From: Lama glama | Lineage: Eukaryota | Length of the DNA stretch: 64,000 nucleotides | Assembly (NCBI GenBank): GCA_028534125.1 | Contig: CM052816.1 | Coordinates: forward strand, 31,684,001 to 31,748,000 | Direction: 5' to 3' | Shown here: one piece after another, positions 51,110 to 63,871 of the stretch | How the letters are laid out: each line of letters begins with the position of its first letter | Position numbering within the stretch: the first letter of the stretch is position 1 | Program-made: the position numbers and the translations under genes | Notes under the pieces: model-generated | The model's database searches: none | Told to the model about the DNA's origin: nothing | Seen by the model: only the letters and a program-made list of their open reading frames with translations

Positions 51110-53050
51110 TTCTAGATGATAGAAAAAGAGAAAAATCTCTGCCACTCACTTAATAAGGCTATTATTGCCTTAATACCAAAATCAGACAAGGATAAGAAAG
51201 AAAAAGAAAGGTCAGTGTTACCTGTGAATACAGAAATAAAATGCTACATAAAACATTAGTAAACTGAATACAGCGATATAGAAAAGTAAAAATACAATGT
51301 GGTGAACCTAGGCTTGACCGAGGAGGTTAAAGGTCATTTAACATTAGAAAATGTATTAATGTTTTCAGTACAATTTCAATCAAAATTTCAAAAGACTTTC
51401 TTAAGAAACTTGATATATGGATACTCGAATTCACTCAGTGGACCAACAATGACCAAAACTGTTTTTTAAGGAAAAAAAAATAATAAATGAGGGTTCTTTC
51501 TATAGATATCAACTTGCTTTGAGATCATCATAATTTAAGCAATGGTCAACAATTGGCTCACCAAGCCCACATACATATGGGAGCTGATACATGACTGAGC
51601 AGACAGCATAAATCAGATGGTGAAAAAAATACATTATTCAATAAATGATGCTGAACATTTTTGTAATCCATATAGAAAAAAACAAAAGCAGATATCCAAC
51701 TTGTGCATTAAAAAAATCAATGCCTTAAATGGAAGAAGCAAATCTCTAAAATTTTGGAGAATACTTTTATGACTTCAGGATAAAAATTAATTTCCTAAGC
51801 AGGACACAAAAGGCCGAAACTACAAGGGAACTTATTAATTTGATCACTTCAAAATAAAAAACTATTACAAAAGGCACAACAAACAAAGTTAAAAGGCAAG
51901 TCACAGACTGCAGGAAGAATTTAATAATGTATACACTGAATAAAAATTTATGAAAATAGACAAACAATCCAAGAGAAAGATGTGTAATTGATAAGAACTG
52001 AGAAATCACAGAAGACAACATCCAAATGGCCAATGAATGTATAAAGCAACGATTAACCTCACTAATAATCAGAGAAAATTTATTCATTGAAAATTCCACA
52101 CAGCTATTAAAATGAATGAAAGCAGCAAAACGAAATACAACTTATATCCTTCAGAATAGTAAAATATTAAAATGTCTAACAAACCTAGTGATTGATATGT
52201 AAGAAAATAGGACAATTTTTAAGAGGCATAACTTCATAAGGTCATGCCTAGAGTGTTTTGGACACTTCAAAAAGTGGAGATGCCAAGAAAATGGGAATTC
52301 TCCAAAGAGTAGCCATTGGCAGACACATTTGGCCTATTACACCATTGTATCTGGTTTGGTCCAAATTACTTATCAGATCCATAACAGTGATTCTTTTATG
52401 CTGTGGGTGGAGTGTACATTGGTTAAACTGCTGTGAAAAGGAATTGGATAATATCTAGCAAAGCTGAAGATGTCTAGATCGACAGATGATAGACATAGAT
52501 TCTGATCCACGACGAGTAGAAATCTACTCCTATTGTCTATCATAGAAAAATGTTCACAAATATTCACAAAGAAACAAGCTCTTTATATTCACAGTAATAC
52601 TGTTTATAAAAGAAAAACTGGAAAAAATCTAAAGAGAACAAACTCAAGTTACCCAATGAAATTCTATATAGCTCTTGAGATTAAAAGGAGAGCTGCATGA
52701 GTCATTAAGAATAGACCTCAAAAACATAGTATGAGTTGCAGAAAGCAAGTAGCAAAAGGATAGTATTCATAAATACATAAATGTACAATAAAAGTGTAAA
52801 AACATGCTTGGGAAAAATAAAGACACACTCTGGAGTAAGAGGAAGACGGGAAGTAGGGGGGTAAGTTTTTGACCCATTTATAATGCTTTATTTCCTACAA
52901 AGTGAAAAATAAAAGAGAAGGAGAAACTTGAAGTAAACATATGAACAGTTTGATACCTGTTTAATCTTAGTGATGGATATATGGTACACACATTATTTCT
53001 CTTGACTCTTTCAGCTTGTTTGAAATATTCCATAATGGAAATTAATTTTT
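51110..53050 (+). mobile_element. Ancient L1 (L1ME-type) ORF2 remnants and 3' end
   Basis: ttaataccaaaatcagacaagg, ttcaataaatgatgctg, caaatggccaatgaatg and the terminal tttgaaatattccataat. Confidence 0.8.
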
Positions 53051-54588
53051 AAAGGAGCCTGGGACCAATATATGAAGTTTTAGTTTCAAAGTCTCTTACT
53101 GAAGTTCTTAATTATTTTCTTTGGAATAAACAAATTTTCTGAAGAAAATTAGCAAAAGAGCAAAAATAAAATACAGAGGAAAGGTTTTTTATCAAAGTTG
53201 ATTTATTCATCCTTCCTACATCTATACTTACCTGGCAAGCAACAGCAAGAACAATAGAGGCAAGGCAAGGAAAAGAAGACAGCAAAGCCCAGTTTGAGTG
53301 GATCTTAGATGGAAAGATGGAATCTCACAAATGATGAGAGTCCCCCACGCCCAGAGGAACACAGCAGAGGAGCACATGTGCTGATCACAGAACTCCAAGA
53401 TGAGCACCTCTCCTTAGATGGCTTGTTTTCATCCCCTCCATGGAGGGCATTTTTGACTATGAAGTAATGACTAGAAATCTACCAGTTCCAGCTTTCATAG
53501 TGCCTCCCGGGATGGAGTTCCTTACATTTTCCTTGTCCCTTTTTCATCTTCTCTGCACTCTAGCCTGCCTCTCTTGCCAGACAGGTTTTACTTAGTTTTT
53601 TGAATCATTTATCCCTAGTATTTGATCTAAAGTTTTTGTAAACTATCCTAAATGATTTTCAAGAGTGAATTTACATAGCTGTATGTATATATGTATGTAT
53701 GGTGGGTGGATAGAAAGTTGATAGATAGGTTAATAGATTAATATAGAAGAGAATAAATAAATGTAATGGAAAGATGTTAGGTACCACAACTGAGATCTAA
53801 GTCCCCCTGTTTCTGGCTTCTATGAGGTAGGCCTAATTAATCTGGGAAGGACTATTGCATCTTCTGTCTCTGCAGGTGAACAGTCTGTACCCCTTTCTAA
53901 GGCAAGCTCCTCCAGCTGTGTACTATGTCCCTTCTTCTCTCACCTACTTAAGGGAAAAGCACCCAAGATTGCCCCTCTTCCTCTTGCATCATCAACTTTT
54001 CCCTGTCTACTGGGTCAATCCCAGCAGATAAACATGCTGTGGTATCTCCCATCTTTAATGATGACAAAAAATGCTTTGATCTGGGTGATGAGAAATGTTT
54101 ATTTTTGCTTTCTCTCCCTTGAATTGTTTAAATCAATCCTTAAAAAAGGAAAAACCTGGGAAAAAAAATGTTATCTCTGGAGATGTTCTGCTGGATGATC
54201 TCCCCTTTGTTTCCTCCATTCATTCATCAGCCTGCCAAGAGCCTGACTCTCAGACCCTCTTGCTGCAGTCTCTCCACTCAGTATCCACAAAGAAATGGAA
54301 AAGAGATACAGAGTAGCCACGTCCCTTCTGATAGCTAGTATTCCTGATCCACAGTGTAAAGCAGGTGACATTCATCACCAACTGCTCCTGTTTCTCTAAC
54401 ACTCTCTTCACCAGGTTGTCCCCTTCTTCCATCCCTCCTCCATCAAAACCATATATATGACTTTATATGTAAGTGATTTCAAGTAATTTACATCTCATCA
54501 ATTTCAACACATTCTATTTAATTCCATCCAAATCAATGAATTATCACTCTTTGGGTTTACAACCTAACACTGATACATCTAGTTCTTG

Positions 54589-54640
54589 AAACAAAAACAA
54601 AACAAAACAAAACAAAACAACAGCAACAATAACAAAAAAA
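54589..54640. repeat. (AAAAC)n simple repeat
   Basis: Directly visible. Confidence 0.9.
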
Positions 54641-56685
54641 ACTTTTCATTTTCCAGGTATAATTTTAAAACTCTACAGAGAAAGTGTTTTCTAAACAGAA
54701 ACAAATTGGTTCCTTCACGTATCCATTTCAGTAACAGACTTAATTCATGAAAGCACTTCTTTAGGGAGACATTTTTAACTGCCTGCCAGTCCTGAAATCA
54801 AGCTTTTCTGCTCCATTTTGACAGGGATTGAAGCTTCTGTCGTTTTCCTAAACATTTTACTGTAGGCTGAGCATGGCCCAAGGTACAGCAGATTGACTGG
54901 TTACTGGAGAAATTCTGAAAAACGTCGGCCTGTCACCCGCCTCAACTTGTTATTCAGCTAGAAGTCTATCTGCTGTCAGCCTTCGCGGGTATAGAATAGC
55001 TTTAGTATAAAACAATTCAGACAGTACCCTGCTGCCCTGAAGGACCCTGCTGTCACAAGTGACTCTGGGCCACACCAAATGTCACCTCTAAGAAAACAAA
55101 TAAGAATCTGGAGAGCAGAGGTGGCACCTGCCTCTATTTCAGTGACATTCTTTTTCAGAAGATTATTGGCTAAAACTTCAGGCTGAAAAAAAAAAAGCCA
55201 GTTTTTTTTTAACGACCTGTTATTTAATTCGCTTTAATGTAAACTTAGAAAAAGAGTTTAATCAGAACCATGGAATCTTATCCGGTATACTTTTGGGGGC
55301 AAGAGACTGTATCTTCCCCACATGCTTCAGAGTTTGTGTCCAGCACAGATGATGACTCTAAATGCAGGGCAGACACATTCTCATGTAAAACACTACAGGA
55401 AAATGCCTGCAGGTCCCCAGGTCCCTTATTAGAGAGAGTTCATCAGTTTCCATTCAGTCAATCACCAGGTATGAACTGAACACCTGCCATGTGCCTAACA
55501 TGAGGATTTGGAAGAAACAAAGCTTTGACTTGGATTTGAATCAGAAACAGCCAGGGGCATCTTTATTCCAATACCAGCAGCTGCAGAGGAGCAGAGCCAG
55601 CAGACTGATTTTTCTCTCCCCAGAGTTTTATGGAATATAGTTATATATTAGGAGAATAAAGAAAGGAAAAGGGGAGAAGCTAAAAGTAGGTCACTGATAG
55701 CTTACATGTAATATGGCATCTGTATTATACTATTTCTTACAATAAATGCATATTATTATTCCAAGTAAACACAATATGTCCTACAAACTTTTGGATTTCA
55801 AGCAAGCCTTGGGGTGAAGAGCTAGATTCTCCAGTTAAGACAGGCCCTGTTGCTGTAATAAAACAATCTGACCTTAAGAGACTGTACTTCTTTGCCTTGA
55901 ATGTCAGGAAAATGCCACAGAGTAAGTTTCTAACTTATAATAAGAGACAAATTAAATCTTATCGAAGTCTTCTCCAACCTAATTAATCAATTACTAGGAT
56001 TGCGGGTTTAGCTCACTAAGCCACACTCTCCAACCTTCACCATGCTTATCAACGCACCGAAAGGTAATTTAAAGCACAGTACCTGAATACACAAAGTGAT
56101 TTAGCCCAAGGCGATTTGCTGCTTTTGCAAATCTCAGTGCCCATGACTGGCTTCTAGTCAGGGCTAAATATGAAGAGACTTAGACGCAATTTCATTTCAC
56201 AGTTCTCTTCTCAAACAAAAGATAGTCCACTACTTTCTGATTCCACAGATTCTGATTCTGTATCCTGAACAGCATAAAAGTCAGGACTTGTTCCCTCACC
56301 TTAAGAAGCTCTGAAAAAAACTAACCTATTTAAGACAATGAGAAGTCAATCAGAATAAAGGGATTCCAGCGTGGCTAGAAGGGGTGGAAAGAGGGGATTT
56401 GAGTTGAGTCTTGTCCCAGTTGCTGCATTTGGTTTCCTGGCTTCCTTCCATATATCCAGGAGAGCTTGTTCACTGACCTATTCCCTTCTTAGAAACATCT
56501 TCCCTACAGAAGAGAGGCATCATTCTCCTAAATACTGTTTATGAGCCTGCAAGGTGGACCAAAGTGATCCTTTGTTTTCTTTAGGACTGATCTCTTTGAT
56601 GGAGGCTCCCTTCCTCCTGCTGTTGCCTCTGAATCCCTATTCGTTTGAACAAAACAACTTTAGATTGCATAAGGCATTATATAAA

Positions 56686-57395
56686 GAGTTGCAAGTGCCT
56701 GTCTCCCTGCCAGAGTCCCTCATGGCCTCCCAGAACTGTGACCTGCAGCCACCCTTAAGAGAGTGGGATGTTCCCCAGCCTGGGCACTGACGGCTAGTGG
56801 GCAGGAGACTCCAGCAGGAGCTGGTGATCCTCAGGATGTCTGCTGACAGAATTTCTGCCTTCTCTGAATCAGATCTTTCCAAATGGGTGGGGACCACCCA
56901 GGGAGCACTGTCCCTGCAGTTCCCAGGTGGCTTCCATCATAGCACATCCTCCATGAAGTTCCTGAGCCCTGGAACACCACCACGTGGACACCAGGGTCAC
57001 ATCGGCCCAGACTTCTTGGAGGATAAGTGGGCCGCCCTGTGTGACGTCAGGACCACACTGCTCTCCATGTACAGCCTGCCAGAACCCAACACTGGCAGCC
57101 CTCTGAACACAAACTCTAAGTTCTAGAGACACCCACAACATTTAAGAAGTACGTGCAAGGAAGTTTAAGAGCAGGTCTTCCCTCAAGAGTCCTGACCCTG
57201 GCTGTCCAGCTTCTCTCACTGTGTTCTTTGCATTCTTTTCTTAGGCCTGTCCTTTCCTTGATTTCTGTATAGGACTCTTTATCTTAAGCTATGGTGTCAT
57301 TTTTGTTTTTCTGTTTTTTAAATTAAATCTCTGGTCAAGCTCTGGGAAGAACATATTAAGTAAAGATATTTGATTTTCTTTTTATTTTTTTAAAG
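56686..57395 (+). pseudogene. UBE2C: Processed pseudogene of ubiquitin-conjugating enzyme E2 C (UbcH10); CDS remnant 56722-57195 with UTR remnants
   Basis: Intronless MASQNCD...VGRRLQQELVILRMSADRISAFSESDLSKWVGT...LSLQFP...DKWAALCDVRTTLLS...EPNTGSPLNT...QES* versus recalled UBE2C MASQNRD...[35 protein letters not shown]...KWSALYDVRTILLS...EPNIDSPLNT...QEP*; 3'UTR block gatttctgtataggactctttatctt matches the recalled mRNA; premature stops at 56788, 57124 and 57166. Confidence 0.95.
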
Positions 57396-57489
57396 AAATT
57401 CTGTAACGAAGCAGACATATTAAAAAGTTAGCAATACCTACTTCTAAGCCAACAGAGGGGAAAGGGGGAGGGACTTTATAATACTTGAT

Positions 57490-57865
57490 TAACTCAGCCC
57501 AAAAGTAGAAAAAAAATTGAAGCAAACAAAAAGAAAGATTGAACAAAAGAGGCTAAATTATCACTCACACACAATATGACTGGCTACACAGAAAATTTAA
57601 GACTTAATACAAGAATATTATGCATTCTATTAGAACTAATCTATTAGAACTAAGAACAGGGTTCAGCAAAGGTGCTGAATTAAAGATCAACCAAATTTAG
57701 ACAATAGCATTCTTATATACCAGCCTATCAAAAACAAAAGGCATGAGGAAAATATATGATTCACAAAAGAACTGAAAGTCTTTGGAACTTAAATATAAAC
57801 CTAACAACACACGTGGAGAAATTTACAAAAGTGTCTTGAAGGATATAAAAGAAGATGAATACAAG
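57490..57865 (+). mobile_element. Ancient L1 ORF2 fragment
   Basis: aaattatcactcacacacaatatgactggctacacagaaaat...ctattagaactaa...caatagcattcttatatacc. Confidence 0.65.
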
Positions 57866-58809
57866 AAGTACACTGTGAGCTAGCAGCCCCTTAGCACTCT
57901 TCTTCATAGGCAACCAATAACCCTCTCTTTCCAAAGCTATTCTCTGCAGATGTAAGTCTAGGAGACTAGATATTTAACTATTTCTTAAAAATCCACCTCA
58001 TTGTTTGCACCAGGCATATAGAATTCTGTAACATACCACCATTTGTTTAATCAGTTCCTCTTAATGGGCATTTAGATTATTCCTAGATTTTTCCTACTAC
58101 AAGTACTCTGCCATAAACGTCCTTGTGCATTCAGCCATGTCTGTAGCTTGTTTCTTTCACAGATCAAATTCCTACAAGTCAAACCGCTAGGTCCAAAAAG
58201 GCAGGTAGGAAATGAGGTGGGGGCAGGGGGGTCACATTAGAGAGCACATTGGAAATATTTCCCTGAGATGTTTTCACCTAGTATTCTCACATAACAAGAT
58301 AATCAGGGATTGTGTGTAGAAGAGAGATAAATGGGAAACACTGCTGAGGAATTCAGTTAAAAAAGATAATATAAAGAGACAATAGGTTAAAGGGACAGAG
58401 ATCTTTCAGAGGCTCTTCTAATAAGGAAACACAAGAAGACAGAAAAACAGATTCAAGCCTTGACCCTCTAAATTTAGCTGGAAACCAGGGGTAATATTTA
58501 TTTATGCTTTGTGACATGTGTGGTAACCGATGACTTCTCCACTGTTTGTCATTCTAGCTAACCCTGTCTGCTTCTTTGTAGTTACCAACAGCAAAGTTTC
58601 TTTAAAACGTCATGGGGTGACTTGACAGACAGAAGGGAAATAGGTAGGAGAACTGGGGAACACGCATCTTACATCAGCCAGGGTAGCCTGGTGAGCTAGG
58701 AACCCAGAGGCTGGAGGCGAGGTGGATGTGAGTTGGAGGGTGGAGGCTGAGCCCAGGCCTGCAGAATGAACTCTGGGCAGGTGGGGAGCTGCTCGGAGCT
58801 ACAGAGGCC

Positions 58810-59260
58810 AATCATTCAATTCCTTCAACCAACATTTACTGAGAACTTTCTATGTGCCCAACACCTTTCTAGGTGTAGAGGATGGAGCAGTGAACACAGC
58901 AGACAAAAACCTCCCTTTTAGGGAGCGCATGTTGTGTATTGGAGTGCAGAACGGTGAAAAAAAGAGACTAATGAGCACATTTTATAATCTGTTAAATAAT
59001 CACAAGAACTTGGGAGAAAAATAATGGGAGAGAGGAAGGCAATTTTCAGTGGGGTGGTCTCAGTGAGAAAGCATCATTTGAGTAAAGATCAGAAAGAAGC
59101 AAGTGGGTGGGCCATGTGATTCACTGCGCAAACAGCATCGAGGCAGAGAAAATAAGACGTGCAAAGGCCCTGAGGTGGAGCATGGCTGGGACACTGAGAA
59201 ATGACAAAGAAGTAGGTGGCTGGGGCAGGTTACGAAAGGAGAGAACAGCGGGTGGAATCT
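58810..59260 (-). mobile_element. L2 3' end
   Basis: tcattcaattccttcaaccaacatttactgag...ctatgtgcc...agcagtgaacacagcagac...gtgcaaaggccctgaggtgg. Confidence 0.85.
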
Positions 59261-59564
59261 GTCTGATTCTAACTCACTTGCCTGGATGTAAAACTGTTTT
59301 GCACTCAAATACATGCTGCAGAGAATTCTGCTGCTAATTCCGTTTCAGGTCTGCTCGCCTAGCAGCAATGATTACTCGTAGTGACAGGAGAACAAATGCA
59401 CTGTGGAGTTCACTACAAGGAGACCTTATCTCTGTCAAGGCCCAACTTTTTAAAATAGGAGAGTTTTGATATCTCTTCACTGTTTGCAGCCAACCTAACA
59501 AATCACGGAGTCCTTAAAACCTGGCACTCCCTCCCCTATTGCTCCTCACCCAACCCCAGTGGCT

Positions 59565-60035
59565 GTTATAGAGGAGGAAAAAATTCTTTTTCCTTCTGCC
59601 CTCCTAGGTCCTCAAGCTGGGGCCCTCTAAAATTAAATTGACAAAAGACAAATGAAAAAGAGAAATCACACACGCATATGGAAGTACGCAGTAATCCAAA
59701 GGGATGGTTAGAATTTGGGAGCATATAGCATCTTAACAAAAGAACATTTGTAGACAAGTGACAGGAGGAAGGTCAAGGTCTGTCAGCTTTCAAGGAGGAA
59801 ACAGTGGGAAGGTAAATATATAGGGGAAACTAATAAAAAAAAAGAGTATTTGTGCAGGTCCATCTCAGTGCCAACTTTCTGTCGTCCTCATTTTTCAGAA
59901 GCTTTTACCTTTTGTCAGATAAAGGAAGCTTTAGGAAGATGTCTTTCTGCATCTATTGATTCTCATTTGCCTCCAGCTCAGAATAATTCTCAAGCCAAAT
60001 GGCATATTTGGAGATGGTATATTCTGGCCCCCTAT
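59565..60035 (-). mobile_element. ERV1 solo LTR, MER34-like
   Basis: Reverse-complement similarity to the LTR at 62296 (gtgggaaggtaaatata; cagctcagaataattctcaagccaaatggcatatttgg). Confidence 0.8.
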
Positions 60036-61144
60036 ACTAACAGAATGAGAACCAAAATCCTCCTGCTCTGTTGCTATTCCTTTATCAATTCAGACTCCTG
60101 CCTCTCTCTCTCTCACACACACAGGTGCTAAGTCCCCTTAACTCAGTAAATCTTGCTGATTCTGCTCTAAGCTTAACAAGCTCTCAAGGCCTGGTCTGTG
60201 ATGATTTATACACTGACAACTTATTACGCGTTTCCTAGCATTTTTGTTCTTTCAACCAGAAGCTCTCTATAGACTCTTTCCACATGCAAATTTAATTGGC
60301 TGTTAGACAAAGTAACAAGCATCAAGTTGTAGGAAGGTCGTTCAAAGCAAGGCCAGGTTCCTCCAAGATGCTCCTTTTCTTGGCGAGGGAGGGGAATTTA
60401 AATTATCACTGCATTTGTCCTCACTTACCAAATTAGGACAAAGACATTTAGTGTCAGCAAAAATGCTACCAAAATCCTGGGTGAGTTTCAGTGGTAAGAC
60501 AGACATTTTAGGAGAAATATTCTTTTCTCTCATGTCATGGAGAAATGGAAAATTTCCAATTACCCTAGTGAGGAAGGAAGCTGTTCTGACCAAGTTCTCA
60601 CAAGCAGTTGGTTACTACAATTTGCAATTCACTGATCCAACACATATTAATCAAAGGTCACTCTACCAAAATAGCCCAAAGCGAAACTCAAGTCCCCAAT
60701 ATAAACGTAAAGTTCTTAATTCACAATGACATGTCTACTGTCCTTCCTAAACTGCTGGGGGACAACATTCCAAGTTCTGCTAGAATCAAAGCTTTTAACC
60801 TAGAATCTAGTTAAAGAGAGGCTTTGATCAGAACAGAAAACATTGTGGAGGACTTGCCTTACCCCCCTCCCACCTTTCAGGTCTCCTAGCTTATAAGCTC
60901 ACTGGAACAGTAATATATAGAATCATAAAAGTTTATAAAGCATATGCATACTAAATAATCACATAAGACAACAATATAAAATAGATACCACAAGATAACA
61001 CATATGGGCCAAATACACCATATTATGCATTCATAGGAGGGAGAGATCTGTGGCTGGCACACCGGGAAGGCATCATGGTAGAGGTGTGGGAAGTTCAAGT
61101 GGTTGCAAAAAGTCCAGAAAGTGCAGGCAAAGTGTCAGGAAGAA

Positions 61145-61368
61145 TTGTTCTTAAAAGGGCAGGTAACGACCCCTCCCCCTGGGGCCTGAGGAAACACTTG
61201 GGGGAATTTGTGGTTATCCCAAAGGATTATGAGAATGAGTGAATCCCCCTGCCTCTTACAGGGTAGAGACCAGGGGTTCTAACCTTCCTCTGATACCCAG
61301 GAAGTCCCACACCAGGGAGAATTGTTCCCCTCAAACTCCACCAGCACCTCTCAGTTGAGAAACATTAC
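61145..61368 (+). mobile_element. hAT MITE, MER20-like
   Basis: gggtagagaccagggg...agaattgttcccctcaaa...cagttgagaaac. Confidence 0.6.
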
Positions 61369-62295
61369 AGAATGAAAAGGAAATGTTCTAAGACTAAGAG
61401 TTGACATTTTAGACAATAACAAGCAAGCTATTAAATGTTATGAAGCAAACGGGTAACTCTTTCCCACTCACCTCCCCTAAAAGTATAAATCATCCCCTAA
61501 AAGCCTGTGGAAAATGGCAAGGTTTTCCTCTGTGGTAGCCAAAGCTGAGTCACCATTTAAAGGATCCTGAGGATTCAGGCAAACAAATGTCTCCTTAAAT
61601 CAGTGGTCTCCAACACTCTCTTAACTTCTACCTTTAATTAACAATATTTTAATGTATTACGATTATTGTTAATAAAATACAGAAAATTTAAACATTAAGG
61701 AAAGGTAAACAACAAATAGACATTTCTAACTTTTTCTTGATACCCTACAGAACCCAGATCTATAAACGGACTTTCTCTTTTAATCAGGGATGGCAAGGTT
61801 ATGCAGTGTCCTCAGAGAAGAGCTAGGGATACCCCAGCCAGGTGTAATCTGGCCCACCTCCCCGTGGAAGTGTGAGGGATTAAACACACAATGAATCAAT
61901 ACCAGGGAGACTGTAAAAGCAAGAAGCAGTACTGAGACCCTGGCTGGTGGGTTGAGGAGGTAAGAATTCAATGACACCACATGGACTGCCCTTGGCAAAA
62001 TGATGTGTTGTTTTTGAAATTCAAGTGCTGAGAGATGAGTAATCATGACTGTGGTCCAAGGCATGTGATCATCATAAGTATGCATGAGGCTCCTCTACTG
62101 TTTCTGTTCTTATAATAATCTATATTTTTATATATGAAGTTTTATTTTAGATGAATGGTATTACTTTGTTACTTCTTCATGGGACCTGCTTTTATAACCC
62201 GTACATGTTACATGAGTATACCTACTCTGTGACTTTTAAGTGATGCAAAGCACCCCACAGAGTACACTCACCATGTTTCACCTATCCACTCCTCC

Positions 62296-62776
62296 AGTAA
62301 CAGACCTTCCAACTGCAGAATATGCCACCCAGAAAGATACTGCTTTGACATAAAATTTTCATCTGAAGGCAATTAAGAAACAGCAAACACACAAGAAACT
62401 TCCCCCTTTCTGCCTAAAGGTAAGATATAAATTCTTCTTTTACTGGAAACAGACCCTTACTGGCCCAGAGACCCCACCAGACAAATGTGCAAACAAACCT
62501 TACTCATTAGTTTCCTCTCATACATTTACCTTCCCACAGTTTTCCACCCTTGGAAGCCTGAAACTGCCTTCCTTTCTCTTGTCATTTCTCCACAAATATA
62601 TTATTCTTTGTTAAAGATGCTATAAAAGCCAAAATATTAAGCCACCACTTTGAGTTACTTTTCTCCTGCATGATGTGCACTGCTATTAACAAATATTTTT
62701 TGCTTGCTAATCAGTCCTTTTGCTAAAGATCCCCAGCTGAAAAACCTAAGATGGGTAGTTTTGCCTCCCCTCCGCA
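62296..62776 (+). mobile_element. ERV1 solo LTR, MER34A-like
   Basis: cagaatatgccaccc...ctgaaggcaattaagaaacagca...catttaccttcccacagtttt...tgctaatcagtcctttt. Confidence 0.8.
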
Positions 62777-63871
62777 TCATCTCAGACAGTCCCCTTGGCA
62801 TTATAATTAAGAGTGGCATTCATGGGTCATTGGGTGAAACAGCAGGTAACTCAATTACAGGTGGGGATAAGGAGTGGAGAAAGTGTTATTTTTGCAATTA
62901 TTATAAACAAGTGATGAAGAGTGATCAACGGGTTGAGAAATTCCACAGAAGAAATGCTGGACTTCTGAGAAGTCCAGAAAGAAGGAGGAGAACACATAGC
63001 CGTTCACAGTGTACAGAGATGTGGGAACAAGTGGGACCTGGGGAAAGTAAAAAACATTACTAAGATAAAGAGGAAAAAGACAATAAGAGGCACTGAAAAG
63101 GAGACTGTAGTAACAAGGAAGAGGATAGCGCACAAAACTCTAAGATTTGGGGGGAGACGCTCCCCTGTGCTGGGCCCCATACTTTAGGGGACCCCATCTT
63201 ACCCTCCTCCATCCACACCCCCATCAAAGAGACAGGGACCAAGGTGATGGGCCCACCCAGGGGCTGAGTATCTGCTTCTTTAAATGCTTGGAGTATAAAC
63301 ATCCTGAAATTCCTGCCTCAACGGCCCTAAAGCCAATTTCAGGTCTCGTTTGGTCCTCTCCCCTGATCCAGCTATCTGAGAGACAATCACCATGTATACG
63401 CTTGGGCGGCCCAGGATACAGGCAAGGGCAGCTGTTGCAATGTGTGTGGATAGAACTGGGACCCGTGGGCTGGTGTGTCGACCTACTTTCACATGAGACC
63501 CTATTTCAGGACAGAGTCAGACATGCAAAGATGAGGACCAGCTATGGGCCAGAGGTTGGAGGGGATGTGAGAGCCTGGCCTTACAGCTTCGTATTCCTTT
63601 GAGGAACTTAAAAGGTAAATAGTCCCAGGCCAGAAGTCTCCTTTATCATTCCAGTAAGAGGACAGAATTCCATTTTCTGGATTTTTTCATTACTGATGTT
63701 TCCTGCACCATAAAATGTCATCTGTCAGACCCTTCTCATGCAAGGCTCTCCAGATAACAGCATGTTAGACAATGTCCCCTCCCTTTATTATCATCCTTCA
63801 AAGGTATCCTCCTCCTCATCCTTTAATCTTCAAGGGATTTTACAAAATGAGCATCTCATCTGCCTTTTGAG

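Noticed and set aside
50434..51200. Twin-priming explanation for the inverted L1 piece
   Set aside because: The displaced MER58A TIR and TSD indicate the inversion happened after the MITE inserted.
53224..53237. atacttacctggca equals the first 14 nt of U1 snRNA
   Set aside because: Similarity stops there; it is better explained as a consensus donor site on the opposite strand.
57042..57049. Perfect CRE palindrome tgacgtca
   Set aside because: Derives from the UBE2C D-V-R codons; no independent regulatory evidence.
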